Shown here in pieces: positions 1 through 11,639 of a stretch of 64,000 nt of DNA. The stretch's first letter is position 1, and the number at the start of each line of letters is the position of its first letter. A model generated the notes under the pieces. The model made no database searches. It saw only the letters and a list, made by a program, of their open reading frames with translations, and was not told where the DNA came from. This stretch comes from Eledone cirrhosa (taxonomy: Eukaryota): the NCBI GenBank assembly GCA_964016885.1, contig OZ024741.1:28024001-28088000 (forward strand), in the 5' to 3' direction. Both the position numbers and the translations under genes were made by a program.

Positions 1-95
1 GTCACATTCATTCAGCGCATCGGTAGGAGTTCTCCTACATGGATATAAAGTAGTGCCCGTACTCGAAAACGAGTTGGCAGCCATCATGTATGTAT
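1..95 (+). mobile_element. 3' end of bipartite non-autonomous RTE element (same family as 28183-28592 and 57545-58172)
   Basis: GGATATAAAGTAGTGCCCGTACTCGAAAACGAGTTGGCAGC followed by an (ATGT)n tail; near-identical to 28510-28590 and to the reverse complement of 57560-57650. Confidence 0.75.
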
Positions 96-154
96 GTATC
101 TATATATTTATGTGTGTGTGTGTGTGAATCCATTTATCTATCTCTATCTTTCTC

Positions 155-157
<3 letters not shown>

Positions 158-221
<64 letters not shown>

Positions 222-237
222 GCATATATATATATAC

Positions 238-286
<49 letters not shown>

Positions 287-350
287 TATATATATATATA
301 TACACACACACACATATATATATACATATATATATATACATATATATATA
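158..350. repeat. (TA)n/(CA)n microsatellite
   Basis: Direct reading; flanks the 3' end of the RTE LINE. Confidence 0.95.
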
Positions 351-3300
351 TTCTATTCTAAGGTGGGTAAAATTCCCGAGATCCATGGACGAGTTCTCTC
401 CAGCGGTCTCTGTCCCTCATTATCGCTGTCATGTCCTGCGTCGCCAATAGACCAGTGTCTGTCCTTAGGACATCAACATACGTTAACCTTGGTCTTTCTC
501 TTCTAGTGTGTCCATGTAGGGGCTCCCAAAGGAGCACTGAGTGCAATGTCAACTCTGGATGTCGGTGAGCATGTCCAGCTAACCTCAGTCTCCTCTGTGT
601 CACTTTTGAGCTGACTTTTGGGATGCTCCCATACATCTCTGAGTTTTTCATCCTCAGTGTATACTGATTAATGTTCAGAGCCATCCTCAGCATTCTCGTG
701 TAGCACCCATCCACCATCTGAGTGAGTTTCTTGGTCAGTGTCCAAGTCTCAGACCCATACAGCAGCACAGACTCCACTACAGCAATGAAGAGGAGGATTT
801 TCAGGTCTCTACGAAGGTCCGACTTCCACACCGATCTCAAGCTGTGGCACGCCGCCCAGGCCTTGCTCTTCCTCTCAACCACATCATCTTCTGTATTCCC
901 AATCTTTGCTCCCAAATACAGGAAGCCCTCAACCAATTCTAGCGGCTTCCCGCTTACATTAGTGATCCCCTCTGGCTTCTCAACATTCTCTACCAGATAT
1001 TTTGTTTTAGTCTCATTCATTCTCAGCCCCACACTCATCGACACAGTCTCAACCTCCCGCATAAAATCCTCTGCCTCCTTCACTGTATTTGTCACCAAAA
1101 CTATGTCGTCGGCAAATTCAGCATCCGATGCCTTTTTCGCCCTAACTCTCCTGCTCTGAGCCGGTGCCACAGTAAAGCCAGAGTCCTGGTGTTTCTCCAG
1201 TGCAAGGCGCATACAATAGTCCACTACGATGATAAAAAGGTAGGGAGCCAATGTATCTCCCTGGAGCACTCCAGCCAGTATCTCAAAGAACTCTGTCATC
1301 CCATCAGGTGTAATGACTTGGGCTTTGGTGTTGGTGTAGAGCAGTGATATCAGGTCCACTATCTTCTTGGGGATTCCATAAGCCTGTAAGATCTTCATCA
1401 GGCAGTAACGGTCCACAGAATCAAAGGCCTTCCTAAAGTCAATGAAAACCATGACCGCAGGAAGGCACTTTGCTCTAGCTCCCTCTAATATCCTCCTCAG
1501 CATCAGGATGTGACTGGTGGTTGATCTACCCCCTCTGAAGCCGTTCTGGTTGTCCCTGAGCTTCTTCTCCATCTCAGGCTGGATCCTGTTAAGAATCATA
1601 CTGTTGAGGGTCTTTGCCACAAGTGACGTCAGTGAGATCCCCCTGTAGTTGTTGGTGTTAGAGAGATCTCCCTTCTTTGGCACTGGGACGATGTTACTGA
1701 TCCTCCACTGATTCGGGGCAACTCCTCTCTCCAGTGCCCCGTTACAGAACCCCAGGATGATATCATCAAAATCACACCTCTTCATCACCTCTGATGCCAC
1801 TCCATCTTCTCCATGAGCCTTGCCCTCCTTGATCCTCTTCTTGGCTCTCTGAAGCTCCTCTCTGGTGAAGCGCTCTGTCTCAACATCCAGTTCCTCAAAC
1901 AGCCGCCTGATCTCCCCAGTGCTCTGGGCTGTGGAGGGTGGCTCTCCTAGTAGGGTCCTAAAATGGTCTAGCCATTTCCTCTTCCTATCCTCGGGCCCCG
2001 TTCCCTGGATCTGACTCGAACACCTTCTCTTCCTCCCTGTGATCTCGTTGATGATCATCCAGCTCTCCTTACATCCAGATCTGTCAACCGCTCTCTCCAC
2101 ACTTCTGATCTTCTCTATCAGTGCCTCCTCTCTGACCTCATTGTAAGCGGTACAGAGTTCTTCCCTCATCACCTCCACAGTCTCCATCCTCTCCTCCGTA
2201 GGATCAGCATAGAATTGGTCCTTGGCAGCTTTCAGGTGTTCTCTGGCTGCACACACTTTTGGGTTTGCAGAGCTGACGTGCTTCCCTTTGTTATTTTTCC
2301 TCGGCACCAGGGTTTCACTTGCTTCCGCCACTGCATTGGAGAAGTGCCCGTACCTCCTCATCACACTCTCCTCAGTCCATCCAATCTCTCTCTCCTCTGA
2401 CACTCCACAAAGAGCACTAAACCTGTTTCTCACTTCCACTGTGAACCTCTCCTGTAGCTTATCATCTTCCTTGAAAGCTCCCCAGTCATAGATTGCTCTC
2501 CGGGGCCGAGCCTTGCTCTTTCTTAAGCTCACTCGGACCTCACTCATAACAAGCCGGTGGTCACTGCGCAGTGTACTGAAATAGCTGTATGGTTCTGTGT
2601 TCAGAACACTATTCCGCCACTTTTTTCTCACCAGAATGAAATCAATCTGGGACTTGGACAGGTGCATATCCGAGATGTAGGTCCACATCTTCCCCAGATT
2701 CTTCCTAAACCTTAGGTTGGTCGCCATCAAGTTCGCCTCCAGCAGGGTGTCTCTCAGTAGTCTTCCATTTCGGTTGGTGTTGTTATGGAAGTACCAACAA
2801 GGATCTTCACTGCCCTCCTTACTCAGATGTGCATTGAAGTCCCCCAAAACAAGCAGGATATAGTGTGCCTGAGTGGTGTTGACATCTCGACACACCTCCT
2901 CATGGAACTCTTCCGCACTCACATCACTGTACCCCTCGGTTGGACTATAGGCTGAGATGACTGTCAGTCTTGGGTTTCCATTGAAGGTCACCCTCAACAC
3001 TCGCGAGGAGATAGGCATTATTTCCCTCACCAACAGATTGGTTCCTGCACTGAACACAAAACCCACTCCTCCTACTGCAGCATTTGTTGTGTTCTTCACT
3101 GCCGATGTAGTGATGAGCTGGCTCCTCTTCCCGATCATCACACTCCTCACGGGCTCATCGTGTAGGATCCTGTGTTCTTGGATCGCAAGTATCTGCATAC
3201 CACTCTCCTCGAACAGATGTCCCAACTCCTCTCTCTTCTCCAGCGTCCGAATAGTCTTCACATTCAAAGTGCCCATTTTGATGGCTCTTCTGCAGGACAA

Positions 3301-3668
3301 AACTGCATTCTTTATATTTGTCTCAGAGACAGCTGATCCATCATCCACTGGCCCTCTCTGTGGCTCTAAACCAGCAGAGTCATAACGACCAGGCTGCTCC
3401 TTGACAGTGTAATTAGAGGCTCTAACCCTAGTGCTGTTAGATCGACTCTCCATATTTCTTTTCAATGGCTGACAATACCTTACCGGCGCCACTCGAATAA
3501 GGTAGTTATTTAACCCATAAGTGGAACCCTAACAGGTACTACCACCCTGGGCCAGGGCAGACCTGGGAGTCATGACAACTAAGGGGTAACTCCACATTCC
3601 CCACAACTCCTGAACTCCCGAACTGGAGCCTTGCCACTGGATGTAGTTTAATGTTATACCCAGGACTA
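351..3668 (-). mobile_element. Full-length RTE-clade LINE inserted in (TA)n
   Basis: Single APE+RT ORF, ~175-bp 5' UTR beginning GTCCTGGGTATAACATTAAAC, very short TAGAA-type tail after the stop, (TA)n on both sides. Confidence 0.9.
358..3492 (-). CDS. RTE LINE ORF: apurinic-like endonuclease + reverse transcriptase (1044 aa, uninterrupted; first ATG at 3453)
   Basis: APE motifs GTLNV, LAIQEHR, SAYSPT, GDFNA, IDFILV, SDH; RT motifs [43 protein letters not shown]; RTE-type C-terminus LLYGSETW...RRLRLAGH. Confidence 0.95.
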   Translation of the reverse strand: MAPVRYCQPLKRNMESRSNSTRVRASNYTVKEQPGRYDSAGLEPQRGPVDDGSAVSETNIKNAVLSCRRAIKMGTLNVKTIRTLEKREELGHLFEESGMQILAIQEHRILHDEPVRSVMIGKRSQLITTSAVKNTTNAAVGGVGFVFSAGTNLLVREIMPISSRVLRVTFNGNPRLTVISAYSPTEGYSDVSAEEFHEEVCRDVNTTQAHYILLVLGDFNAHLSKEGSEDPCWYFHNNTNRNGRLLRDTLLEANLMATNLRFRKNLGKMWTYISDMHLSKSQIDFILVRKKWRNSVLNTEPYSYFSTLRSDHRLVMSEVRVSLRKSKARPRRAIYDWGAFKEDDKLQERFTVEVRNRFSALCGVSEEREIGWTEESVMRRYGHFSNAVAEASETLVPRKNNKGKHVSSANPKVCAAREHLKAAKDQFYADPTEERMETVEVMREELCTAYNEVREEALIEKIRSVERAVDRSGCKESWMIINEITGRKRRCSSQIQGTGPEDRKRKWLDHFRTLLGEPPSTAQSTGEIRRLFEELDVETERFTREELQRAKKRIKEGKAHGEDGVASEVMKRCDFDDIILGFCNGALERGVAPNQWRISNIVPVPKKGDLSNTNNYRGISLTSLVAKTLNSMILNRIQPEMEKKLRDNQNGFRGGRSTTSHILMLRRILEGARAKCLPAVMVFIDFRKAFDSVDRYCLMKILQAYGIPKKIVDLISLLYTNTKAQVITPDGMTEFFEILAGVLQGDTLAPYLFIIVVDYCMRLALEKHQDSGFTVAPAQSRRVRAKKASDAEFADDIVLVTNTVKEAEDFMREVETVSMSVGLRMNETKTKYLVENVEKPEGITNVSGKPLELVEGFLYLGAKIGNTEDDVVERKSKAWAACHSLRSVWKSDLRRDLKILLFIAVVESVLLYGSETWTLTKKLTQMVDGCYTRMLRMALNINQYTLRMKNSEMYGSIPKVSSKVTQRRLRLAGHAHRHPELTLHSVLLWEPLHGHTRRERPRLTYVDVLRTDTGLLATQDMTAIMRDRDRWRELVHGSREFYPP

Positions 3669-3803
3669 TATATATCTATATATATATCTATCTATATATA
3701 TACATATATATATAGATACACACACATACATACATATATATATATAGATATATATATGTATATATATACATATATATATGTATATGTATATATATATATA
3801 CAT

Positions 3804-3860
<57 letters not shown>

Positions 3861-3880
3861 CGTGTGTATGTATGTATGTA
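3667..3880. repeat. (TA)n-rich compound microsatellite
   Basis: Direct reading. Confidence 0.95.
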
Positions 3881-4385
3881 CACAGAGAAGGGTAAAAAAA
3901 AACATTTAGAATGAGAGAATATAATTAAATTCTCATCGTCTTCATTTCAAAGGAAAGGAAATGATCCTCACCTCACATCGAAAAAATACCCCCACGCCTC
4001 TTCTTTTTTTCCACCCTCAAAAAGAATAAAATTTTATTTATCAGCTTGCAAGAAATCTGCAACGTACTGGAAAAGACATTAACGAACGAAAAATAGAAAA
4101 GTAATATTAAAAATGTAAATATAAATGAAAACTATAAAACAAGAAAAATGACGAATGAAAATATGGTCAAAATAAGTTAAATTTATGTAAAAAACTAACA
4201 AAAAAGAACAAAAAACTAAACGTAAAATATTGAGAAATAAGAGAAAGTAGCTAGGACAATTATAACTGTCTTTGTAACAAATAAATGTGTAAAAATGTTT
4301 AATAAGCGTCTTAGTAAAAATGCAATTTCAAAATTGCCATCTTGTTAAAATATTTGATTCCATTTTTCTGTCTACTTATATATCA

Positions 4386-4545
4386 GTGAAGGCTCATGGC
4401 TCAGTTGTTAGAACGTCGGATAGAAAGGTTTATGGTATTACTTCCGGCTCTCTGCTCTTTGAGTTCAAATCCCGCCGAGGTCAACTTTGCCTTTCATCTT
4501 TTCGAGGTCGGTAAAAAAGTACCAGTCTAGTACTGGGGTTGATTC
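4386..4545 (+). mobile_element. tRNA-derived SINE with Meta/Nin-like central domain
   Basis: A-box TGGCTCAGTTG, B-box GAGTTCAAATCC, then CTTTGCCTTTCATCTTTTCGAGGTCGGTAAAAAAGTACCAG; same body recurs at 5056-5210, 5960-6130, 20325-20520 and 51625-51800. Confidence 0.75.
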
Positions 4546-4734
4546 TTCCTCTATATCTCTTTCTCATTCCCTCTCTCTCACTTTCTATCTTTCTCTGGAA
4601 GAAATCTGCTGTACTCAGGCCTGGTGAGAGATGGGCTCAGCCAGGCTTCAAATGCCCTCAAAATGCCATATGTCAATAGGGTGCTCCTACGATTTTATCA
4701 GGAGTTACGGGATCATACATACCTATATATCAGT

Positions 4735-5020
4735 GAAGGCACATGGATCAGTGGTTAGAGATTTGGGCTTGCAATCATGAGGTTGTGAGTTCGATTCTCA
4801 GACTAGGTGATGTTGTTCCAGTTCTTTCAGCCGTAGAAATGAGTTGTGACGTCACTGGTGCCAAACTATATCAGCCTCTGCCTAACTGTAGAGAGGAGAT
4901 AGGTATGTATGGGTGGGCGACTACTGGTCTTCCACAAACAACTTTGTATCTGGGAGGGGAACTTTCTAGGTACGAATCCCATGGTCATTTGTGACCGAAG
5001 GGGGTCTTTACCCTTTTACC
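4735..5020 (+). mobile_element. tRNA-derived SINE (second family, decayed)
   Basis: Head TGGATCAGTGGTTAGAG...GAGTTCGATTCTC (A/B boxes) followed by a non-tRNA body. Confidence 0.6.
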
Positions 5021-5055
5021 TATATACCATTGTAAGTATATACATTCTATATATA

Positions 5056-5210
5056 GAAGGCGATAAATTGGCGTCAGAATGTCAGATAGAATGCTTTGCG
5101 GTATTCGTCCCAGTTCTCTCTGAGTTCAAATCGCTATGAGGTCAACTTTTCATTTTTTTTCCCATTTGAGGTCGATAAATAAATGTACCAGTCTAGTACT
5201 GGGGTCGATT
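5056..5210 (+). mobile_element. SINE copy (Meta/Nin-like domain)
   Basis: GAGTTCAAATC...GAGGTCAACTTT...GGTCGATAAATAAATGTACCAGTCTAGTACTGGGGTCGAT, similar to 4386-4545. Confidence 0.65.
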
Positions 5211-5323
5211 TCTCCTCTTTATCTCTTTCTCACTACTTTTCTCTCACTTTTTCTTTCTCATTCTCTGGAAGAAATCTGATCTGTTCAGAGCTGGAGAGGA
5301 GATGGACTCCACCGAGTTTTTAG

Positions 5324-5356
5324 TGAGTAAGGAACACCGTCATTACACCCTTGCCA

Positions 5357-5412
<56 letters not shown>

Positions 5413-5445
5413 TGGCAAGGGTGTAATGACGGTGTTCCTTACTCA
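5324..5445. repeat. 37-bp perfect inverted repeat enclosing a (TA)n tract
   Basis: TGAGTAAGGAACACCGTCATTACACCCTTGCCACTGT-(AT)n-ACAGTGGCAAGGGTGTAATGACGGTGTTCCTTACTCA. Confidence 0.9.
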
Positions 5446-5460
5446 TATATATATATATAT

Positions 5461-5666
5461 ATAACGAAGGAAGTGTGGTAAGGAACCAGGTGGACCATAA
5501 CGCACCAGAGTACTCAATACTTAGGGTAGTAGAGTGGGTAAGAGGAAAATGTTCAAGACCCCGCCGACGGCAGAGCTCGAGCCGTTTCGACGGCTATTTC
5601 TGGACTAGTCCAGAAATAACCCTCGAAACGGCTTGAGCTCTGCTGTCGGGGTCTTGAACATTTTCC

Positions 5667-5668
<2 letters not shown>
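5461..5668 (-). mobile_element. Short fold-back Penelope pLTR fragment (family of the 51918-56412 element)
   Basis: Matches 55379-55520; palindrome 5543-5667 centred on CTGGACTAGTCCAG; contains the 3' half of the hammerhead. Confidence 0.85.
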
Positions 5669-5716
<48 letters not shown>

Positions 5717-5959
5717 TGTATGTGTGTATGTATGTGTGTGTGTGTGGATTGTTGTACTCCACTAACTTTGTGTGTGCTAAACTAGGAGGATACTGGCCGT
5801 TTTAGCAGATGAAATTGTGAGTACTTTAACGTTTTTATATGTTAAGCTGTTGAAACATAATTTCAATCTGATTTCATGGCTAATGCTTCTGATTTTACTC
5901 ATAACTATAATATTAATTTGCTATTTTAATGTATGAAATAAAAATAATTGTTTCTAATT

Positions 5960-6130
5960 TTGACACAAGGCCACCAATTATCCCAGTACATTACTGGTAC
6001 TTTATTTTATCGACCCCGTAAGGATGAAAGGTAAAGTTAACCCCGGCGGGGTTTGAACTCAGACCATAAAGGGACGTAACTCTTTGCTGCAAAGCATGGC
6101 GTCAGACCCTCTACCGATACTGCCAATTAC
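5960..6130 (-). mobile_element. SINE copy (Meta/Nin-like domain)
   Basis: Reverse complement reads GAGTTCAAACCCCGCCGGGGTTAACTTTACCTTTCATCCTTACGGGGTCGATAAAATAAAGTACCAG. Confidence 0.75.
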
Positions 6131-6169
6131 CTGAATTACCAAACGATACTATAAATAGACTGTACTCAC

Positions 6170-6508
6170 CAAGTGATACTAGCTGAAGCTGGTAAAGCAA
6201 TTTTCATAACACCATTATTCTTCTTATTGAACAATGGCGCTGGAAACAACATTAGTTCTACAATGATAATATTTGTTGTGGGTTATACACAGATAATGGA
6301 TCAAGTTGTTGTTCGTGAGCCCAGAGATGTTTTCCGTGTCTGTCTTTACATAATAAGTTGCTTAGCTTTGGTATATTTCACGACATTCTTCAATCAAAGC
6401 AAGAAATCGCTCAAATCGTCAGTTTTTATTTTCTTCACAACAGACTACAATTTATCTTCGTTCTGTGAAATTTGTTAATTCTTCAGTAGAAAGACTTTTC
6501 CTTCTTTC
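6170..6508 (-). other. Candidate spliced host-gene exon (5' UTR plus first coding segment from ATG 6252, MLFPAPLFNKKNNGVMKIALPASASIT, phase 2)
   Basis: Minus strand has a long T-rich tract ending TTTTTATAG|G (acceptor, exon starts 6508) and a consensus donor TTG|GTGAGT (exon ends 6170); non-repetitive sequence. Product not recognisable. Confidence 0.5.
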
Positions 6509-7019
6509 CTATAAAAACAACAACAACAACAGCAAACAAACAAAAAACAAAACACAAAAAAACGAAGAAAAAATAAACAAATACAAATAACAAAACAAAA
6601 CAAAAAATAAAACAAAATCAATCAATCAAACAAACAAATCGAACACAATAAGGAACACAGATTTATAACATAGGTTTAAGGCCACACATATGATGGTAGA
6701 GGGTATAGTAGATATAATCGCCCCCAATTCCTGTATAAAAGTCACCTTCGTACTGGGAGGAATTTGAACAGAGAACATAATTATATCTTCCAAGGTATTT
6801 TGTCCCCATAACTATAAAGACGAATTAAAAGAAGTAGAGAAGTAACTATGGTTACACAGCCTTCTCCATCTCGACGTCCCACATTTTGCTTTATCATCTA
6901 TTTAAGATTCGAAAAACGGTCATAAATTAAGACTTTTAAAACATTCATATTTTTAAAATATGGTTGAAAATCATCTCTTGGGATTGCTATGAGATATATG
7001 TTATTTTATTAATAACAAA

Positions 7020-7440
7020 ATAAATGCACACACACACACAGACAGACACACACACACAGACACACACACACAGACACCCACACACCCACACGCAAACACA
7101 CACACACACACACAGACACAGACACACGCACACACAGACACACACAAACAAATACACACACACACACACACACACTCTCTCACACACACACACTCATACA
7201 AACAAACAAACACGCGCGCACACACACACACGCACACATATATATATATGATTAATACATGTATATATAAATGTATTTATGTATATATATATATACATGT
7301 AGACACACACGCACACACATATATACATGATTAATATATATATGTATATATATGCATATATATATATATGCATATATATATATGTATATATATATGCATA
7401 TATATACATATAGACGCATGCGCACACACACATCTTCTCG
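7020..7440. repeat. (CA)n/(TA)n compound microsatellite
   Basis: Direct reading. Confidence 0.95.
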
Positions 7441-7557
7441 CATAAAGCACACAAATGACACAAACACCCAAACGACAGATGAGGAATACAAGATATATTA
7501 CAGTTTAATTTAAAAGAGGAAAACACATCGAAGCTACTAAACCATCCTCATTACGGC

Positions 7558-7800
7558 CAATAACAACAACAACAACAACTATAACAATAACAACAACAAC
7601 AATAACGATGACAATAACAACAACACCAACAACGATAACAACAACAACAGTAATGCTAACTTGAATAACAAGACCCCCCCACCCCTCATCACCACCACTA
7701 ACAACAACAACAACAACAACATCATCAGTAATGCTAACTACAATAACAACGAACCCCCCCATCACCATCACTAATAACAACAACAACAACATTGATAATA
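7558..7800. repeat. (AAC)n-rich trinucleotide repeat
   Basis: Direct reading. Confidence 0.9.
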
Positions 7801-7904
7801 AATTAATAACAATAAATAAATCAGTAAAAAATAAAGTTAGAAAACAACAACAGCAATAGGGTTGACATAAAGCAAACAATAAATGCAGCACAAGACGATA
7901 CAGT

Positions 7905-8174
7905 GGAAGTCTGTCTCAAGCCAGGAAGCTCATCAGGCCTGTGCTTATCCTGGTTTTGTGGCGTGAAGCGACTGAGAGTACAAGACTTCCCCCTGGACAG
8001 GACGCCAGTCCATCGCAGGGTTAAACCCCCAGCTATTGTATACTGAGTCTACTGGAGCAACGTGAAATGAAGTGTTTTGCTCAAAAACACAACACACAAC
8101 CTAGCCCAGGAATCGAAACCACAACATTATGATCGCAAGTCTAACACCCTTACCACAAGGCCACGGGCCTCCAC
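7905..8174 (-). mobile_element. tRNA-derived SINE with CORE-like and V-like segments
   Basis: Minus strand: GTGGCCTTGTGGTAAGGGTG (A box) ...GGTTTCGATTCC (B box) ...TTGAGCAAAACACTTCATTTCACGTTGCTCCAG...AACCCTGCGATGGACTGGCGTCCTGTCCAGGG; same family as 10605-10870. Confidence 0.75.
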
Positions 8175-8429
8175 TTTATAAACAATAAACATTAAAAAAA
8201 TTGAAACAAAACAAATTCCCCCAAAGATGGGAGACCACCGAGGGTCACTCGTGCAGAAAGCCCACATAAAAGCTATGGTCACGTGCCCCCCACCCTCAGT
8301 TGTCTTCCTCAAATCTACAGGTACATACACAGAGCAGGCCCATTCGCTCGGACCATGCTCGCAACTCTCACGCACCTTTCAGCAAATTTGTTGGAATGCA
8401 GTACTTCCTTTTTCACCCCGATTTCCTCT

Positions 8430-8732
8430 TTAAGTGACACCTGAAGCAGGTGGAGAAGTTCAAGTATCTCAGGGTCGTGCTCACGAGTGATGGAAGGCAG
8501 GAGGCTGAATTAAGTGCAAGAATTGCAGGAGCTGGTTCAGTAATTTGGTAATCAAAAGAAGGGAGGTAGGCGTAAAAGCTAAACTCGCTACCTTTAATTC
8601 TGTTTCTGTGCCAAATGTTACCTATGGCCGAAATGGGGCCCCTTCGAAGCGTCTTTAGAGTAACGTTGCTCGATAGATTGCGTAGCTCGGAGATCAGAGA
8701 ATAACTCCAGGTAGAGCCGCTACTACTCAGGG
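8430..8732 (+). pseudogene. Decayed RTE-type RT C-terminal fragment
   Basis: Translates to LKQVEKFKYLRVVLTSDGRQEAELSARIAGAG...KLATFNSV.VPNVTYG with indels. Confidence 0.65.
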
Positions 8733-8739
8733 TACAATT

Positions 8740-10260
8740 TGATAACGATCAGAGTCAGGAACGATTGTCGACAGTTACCTCCCCAGCTTCTGCTGGAATT
8801 CGCTAGATGGCGCTACGTCATCAGTTTCCAAAATTCATAGCTAAGGGCTTTCAAATGTTTTATTCATAAACATACCGTATATCGTTAGATATACAAAATA
8901 CACATACACATATGTGTACAGCTATATTGGAGCGAACAACTTAATTACAATATCAATATTTATAAGAAAACCAACTGGGATTGGTTTAAAAAAAATTCAG
9001 ATTTATAAATAAACCACTCACACTTAAACAACCACACTTCAGGTTTAAAGAGCATAAATCTGATTTTGATGATTATAGCACTTATTGGACTAACTAAACC
9101 GACGATGACTGACTGATATAGTTAATAACAGACGATATTGTTTCCAAAACAAAGGAAGTATCACTCTTACCTCTCTAGTTAATCTACATGCAGTCATAGA
9201 GTGGTTCAAATCTTTTCTGAACAAACAAAATTGTAAATTCTTGCAACTCGACACGAAACATCCTTTAACTCGTCCATCTAGATAACAGTAGTTACTAGTG
9301 CCCTAATCTTTACCAGATTGACTACAAACATCTACGACGAGAAAACTGATATTCTAAGTACCCATAAAACTCCCGTAAGCTACTTAAACCCAATCTAGAT
9401 TAAAACCCCGTCAATCATCCATTTGATTTGAGCCTAGGTTCAGCAGACGCCATTGATACCAGTGATCCTGAAAGCCTATTCCTATTTACTAACTTAAGAT
9501 CTAAATCCGAAATTAATGAAGGAAAAGGATTTCGATGCGATGATCTTTTGACAGTGAAACACTTTCCTCCTTCCTATAAGGTATTAATAGACCAAGTAAA
9601 AATCTTACAAACCTTGAAGAATTAACATCATAGAGTCTAACATTTCTGTTGTTACTCTTAAACTTACAAACACTTTGAACTTATCGTTTCAAAACCCCAA
9701 TGAAACCTTAAATTACATTCATAATTATTCTAACCACTTCTGAAATATTAACAACAGTTTAGTTAAGAATATTTTATTCAGACTTACACAACTTTTCTTA
9801 TAATAAACAATTTTTTAAACGTTTCTCTTACATCAAATTATATTGAAGTTTCGCTCTGAGGCATGTTTGAAGATAAGATTTAGTACATGGAGGTACTATC
9901 CAGACCATCCAACAAGAGAATTAGGAATAGATACAAGAAGATATATATTAGCTGGTTTACTCCTCCGTTTAATCTAGCATACACCATGCCTATTGCTATA
10001 ATCTTCTTCAAACATTTCACAAAACAGCATAAATATTACACATTTATAAATAGAAACACCATCACATCGTCTTACTCTACTACATCAAACTTTGCCAAAA
10101 CCATCGGTTTTTCAAACCCTTGTAAACGAGATCTATCTAACACTAATATACCTACCAACACTTGCAATTGCCTCAAACCTGTCCATTTAGTTCAAACTGT
10201 CTATCAGAAATAATTCTTTACCAACACAATGTACAAACCAACCAATCATCTAAGGCATAG
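8740..10260 (+). pseudogene. Heavily decayed Penelope-like element
   Basis: Remnant motifs FDLSLGSAD, ISWFTPPFN, YYTFINRNTI..SYSTTSN, CNC match the other PLE ORFs. The 5' part (CCCCAGCTTCTGCTGGAATTCGCTAGA) resembles the hammerhead repeat at 21801-22310. Confidence 0.7.
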
Positions 10261-10604
10261 ACCCCTTAGACCACAGGTGAGGAACCTTTTCATGTTGAAA
10301 GGCCACATTTAGTTACTTGTAATATAATAAGGCCACATTCAAGAAACCATAATTATATATATATTCTTAAAATCTACATTAGTTTATAAAAAATTTATTA
10401 CTATGTTCTAATTATCTAAAAAACGAAGAAAAAAAAATGTTTAAAGTTAACTACCTTTTAATGACATAGTTGTGACTGTTTGATGTACAGTTCACAAAAC
10501 ACCCAAACCCCAAACCTCAACAATGTTAGGTTACAGATTTATTACAGTATATTACACCGTCATTTCTTATAGAAACTAAACTATATGTTTTTACTTCTCT
10601 ATAT

Positions 10605-10870
10605 TTACCGCGTGGCCTAGTGGTAAGGGTGTTGGACTTACGATCATAATGTTATGGGTTCGATTTCTGGGCTGCAATGTGTGCTGTGTTCTTGAGAAAA
10701 ACACTTCATTTCCCGTTGCTCCAGTACACTCCGCTGAAAATGAGTACCAGCAATAGCTGGGGGTTTAACCCTGAGATGGACTGGCGTCTGTCCAGGGTGA
10801 GGGGAGTCTTGTACCACGAAAGCGGGATAAGCACTGGCCCGACGAGCCTTCTGGCTGGAGACAGACTTTA
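10605..10870 (+). mobile_element. tRNA-derived SINE with CORE-like and V-like segments
   Basis: CGTGGCCTAGTGGTAAGGGTG...GGTTCGATTTC...AACCCTGAGATGGACTGGCGTCTGTCCAGGG; same family as 7905-8174. Confidence 0.75.
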
Positions 10871-10994
10871 GACATTTAGATATTTACCATATTCAAGAAT
10901 GATTACTGTAAATTACGTCAAAGTTATGAAGGCCTTTACAAAACCTTTCGCTTGGTTGCCGTTCATAGAGGTACAGAGTCATAGATAGGGACAT

Positions 10995-11093
10995 TGGGGT
11001 CGATAAAATAAAGTACCAGTCACACGCTAGGGTCGGTGTAATCGACTTTCCCCTCCCCCAAAATTGCTGGCCTTGTGCCTAGATCAGAAACCA
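10995..11093 (+). mobile_element. SINE 3' half (Meta/Nin-like domain)
   Basis: GGGGTCGATAAAATAAAGTACCAG...AAAATTGCTGGCCTTGTGCC. Confidence 0.6.
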
Positions 11094-11566
11094 TTATATT
11101 ACTGGGTCAGTATATTACACCATCATTTCCTATACAAGTTAGACCGATATCACTATAATTACCATATCTCTGAATAGATATGATTGCTATGTCTTGTACG
11201 TATGAGACGGGGCTGGAGGAAGAGTCAACAAATAGAATTTTGATGGGAGGGAGAGAAAGAAGAGTTTTGGTGGAAAAAAGAAGAGAGAGGGAGAAGTTGT
11301 TGATGGAAAGGGAAGCGAGAGAGATGGAGAGATAGAGAAATAGATAGAGAGAGAAATAGATAGAGAGAGATAGAAAGAGATCAAGAGATAGATAGAGATA
11401 GATAGCGATATATATATATATATATATATATAGATAGATAGATAGGTAAAATAATATTGATAGAAGGGGAAGTAGTAATGGTGTGAGGAAGAAGGTGGTA
11501 GAAGAAGCAAAAAAAAAACTGAGAGAAAGTAAAGGGAAGCTACTTATAGACAAATGCAGTCAAACG

Positions 11567-11639
<73 letters not shown>

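Noticed and set aside
3493-3668. HDV-like ribozyme in the RTE 5' UTR
   Set aside because: Such ribozymes occur in RTE elements, but I could not build the nested double pseudoknot by eye; needs an RNAMotif/Infernal search.
7920-7945. CTGATGA on the minus strand in the SINE tail
   Set aside because: No stem II-GAAA-stem III follows.
10270-10345. hAT-like terminal sequence
   Set aside because: No matching opposite end or TSD could be identified.
4386-10680. tRNA genes
   Set aside because: A/B-box heads continue into SINE bodies and do not form full cloverleaves.
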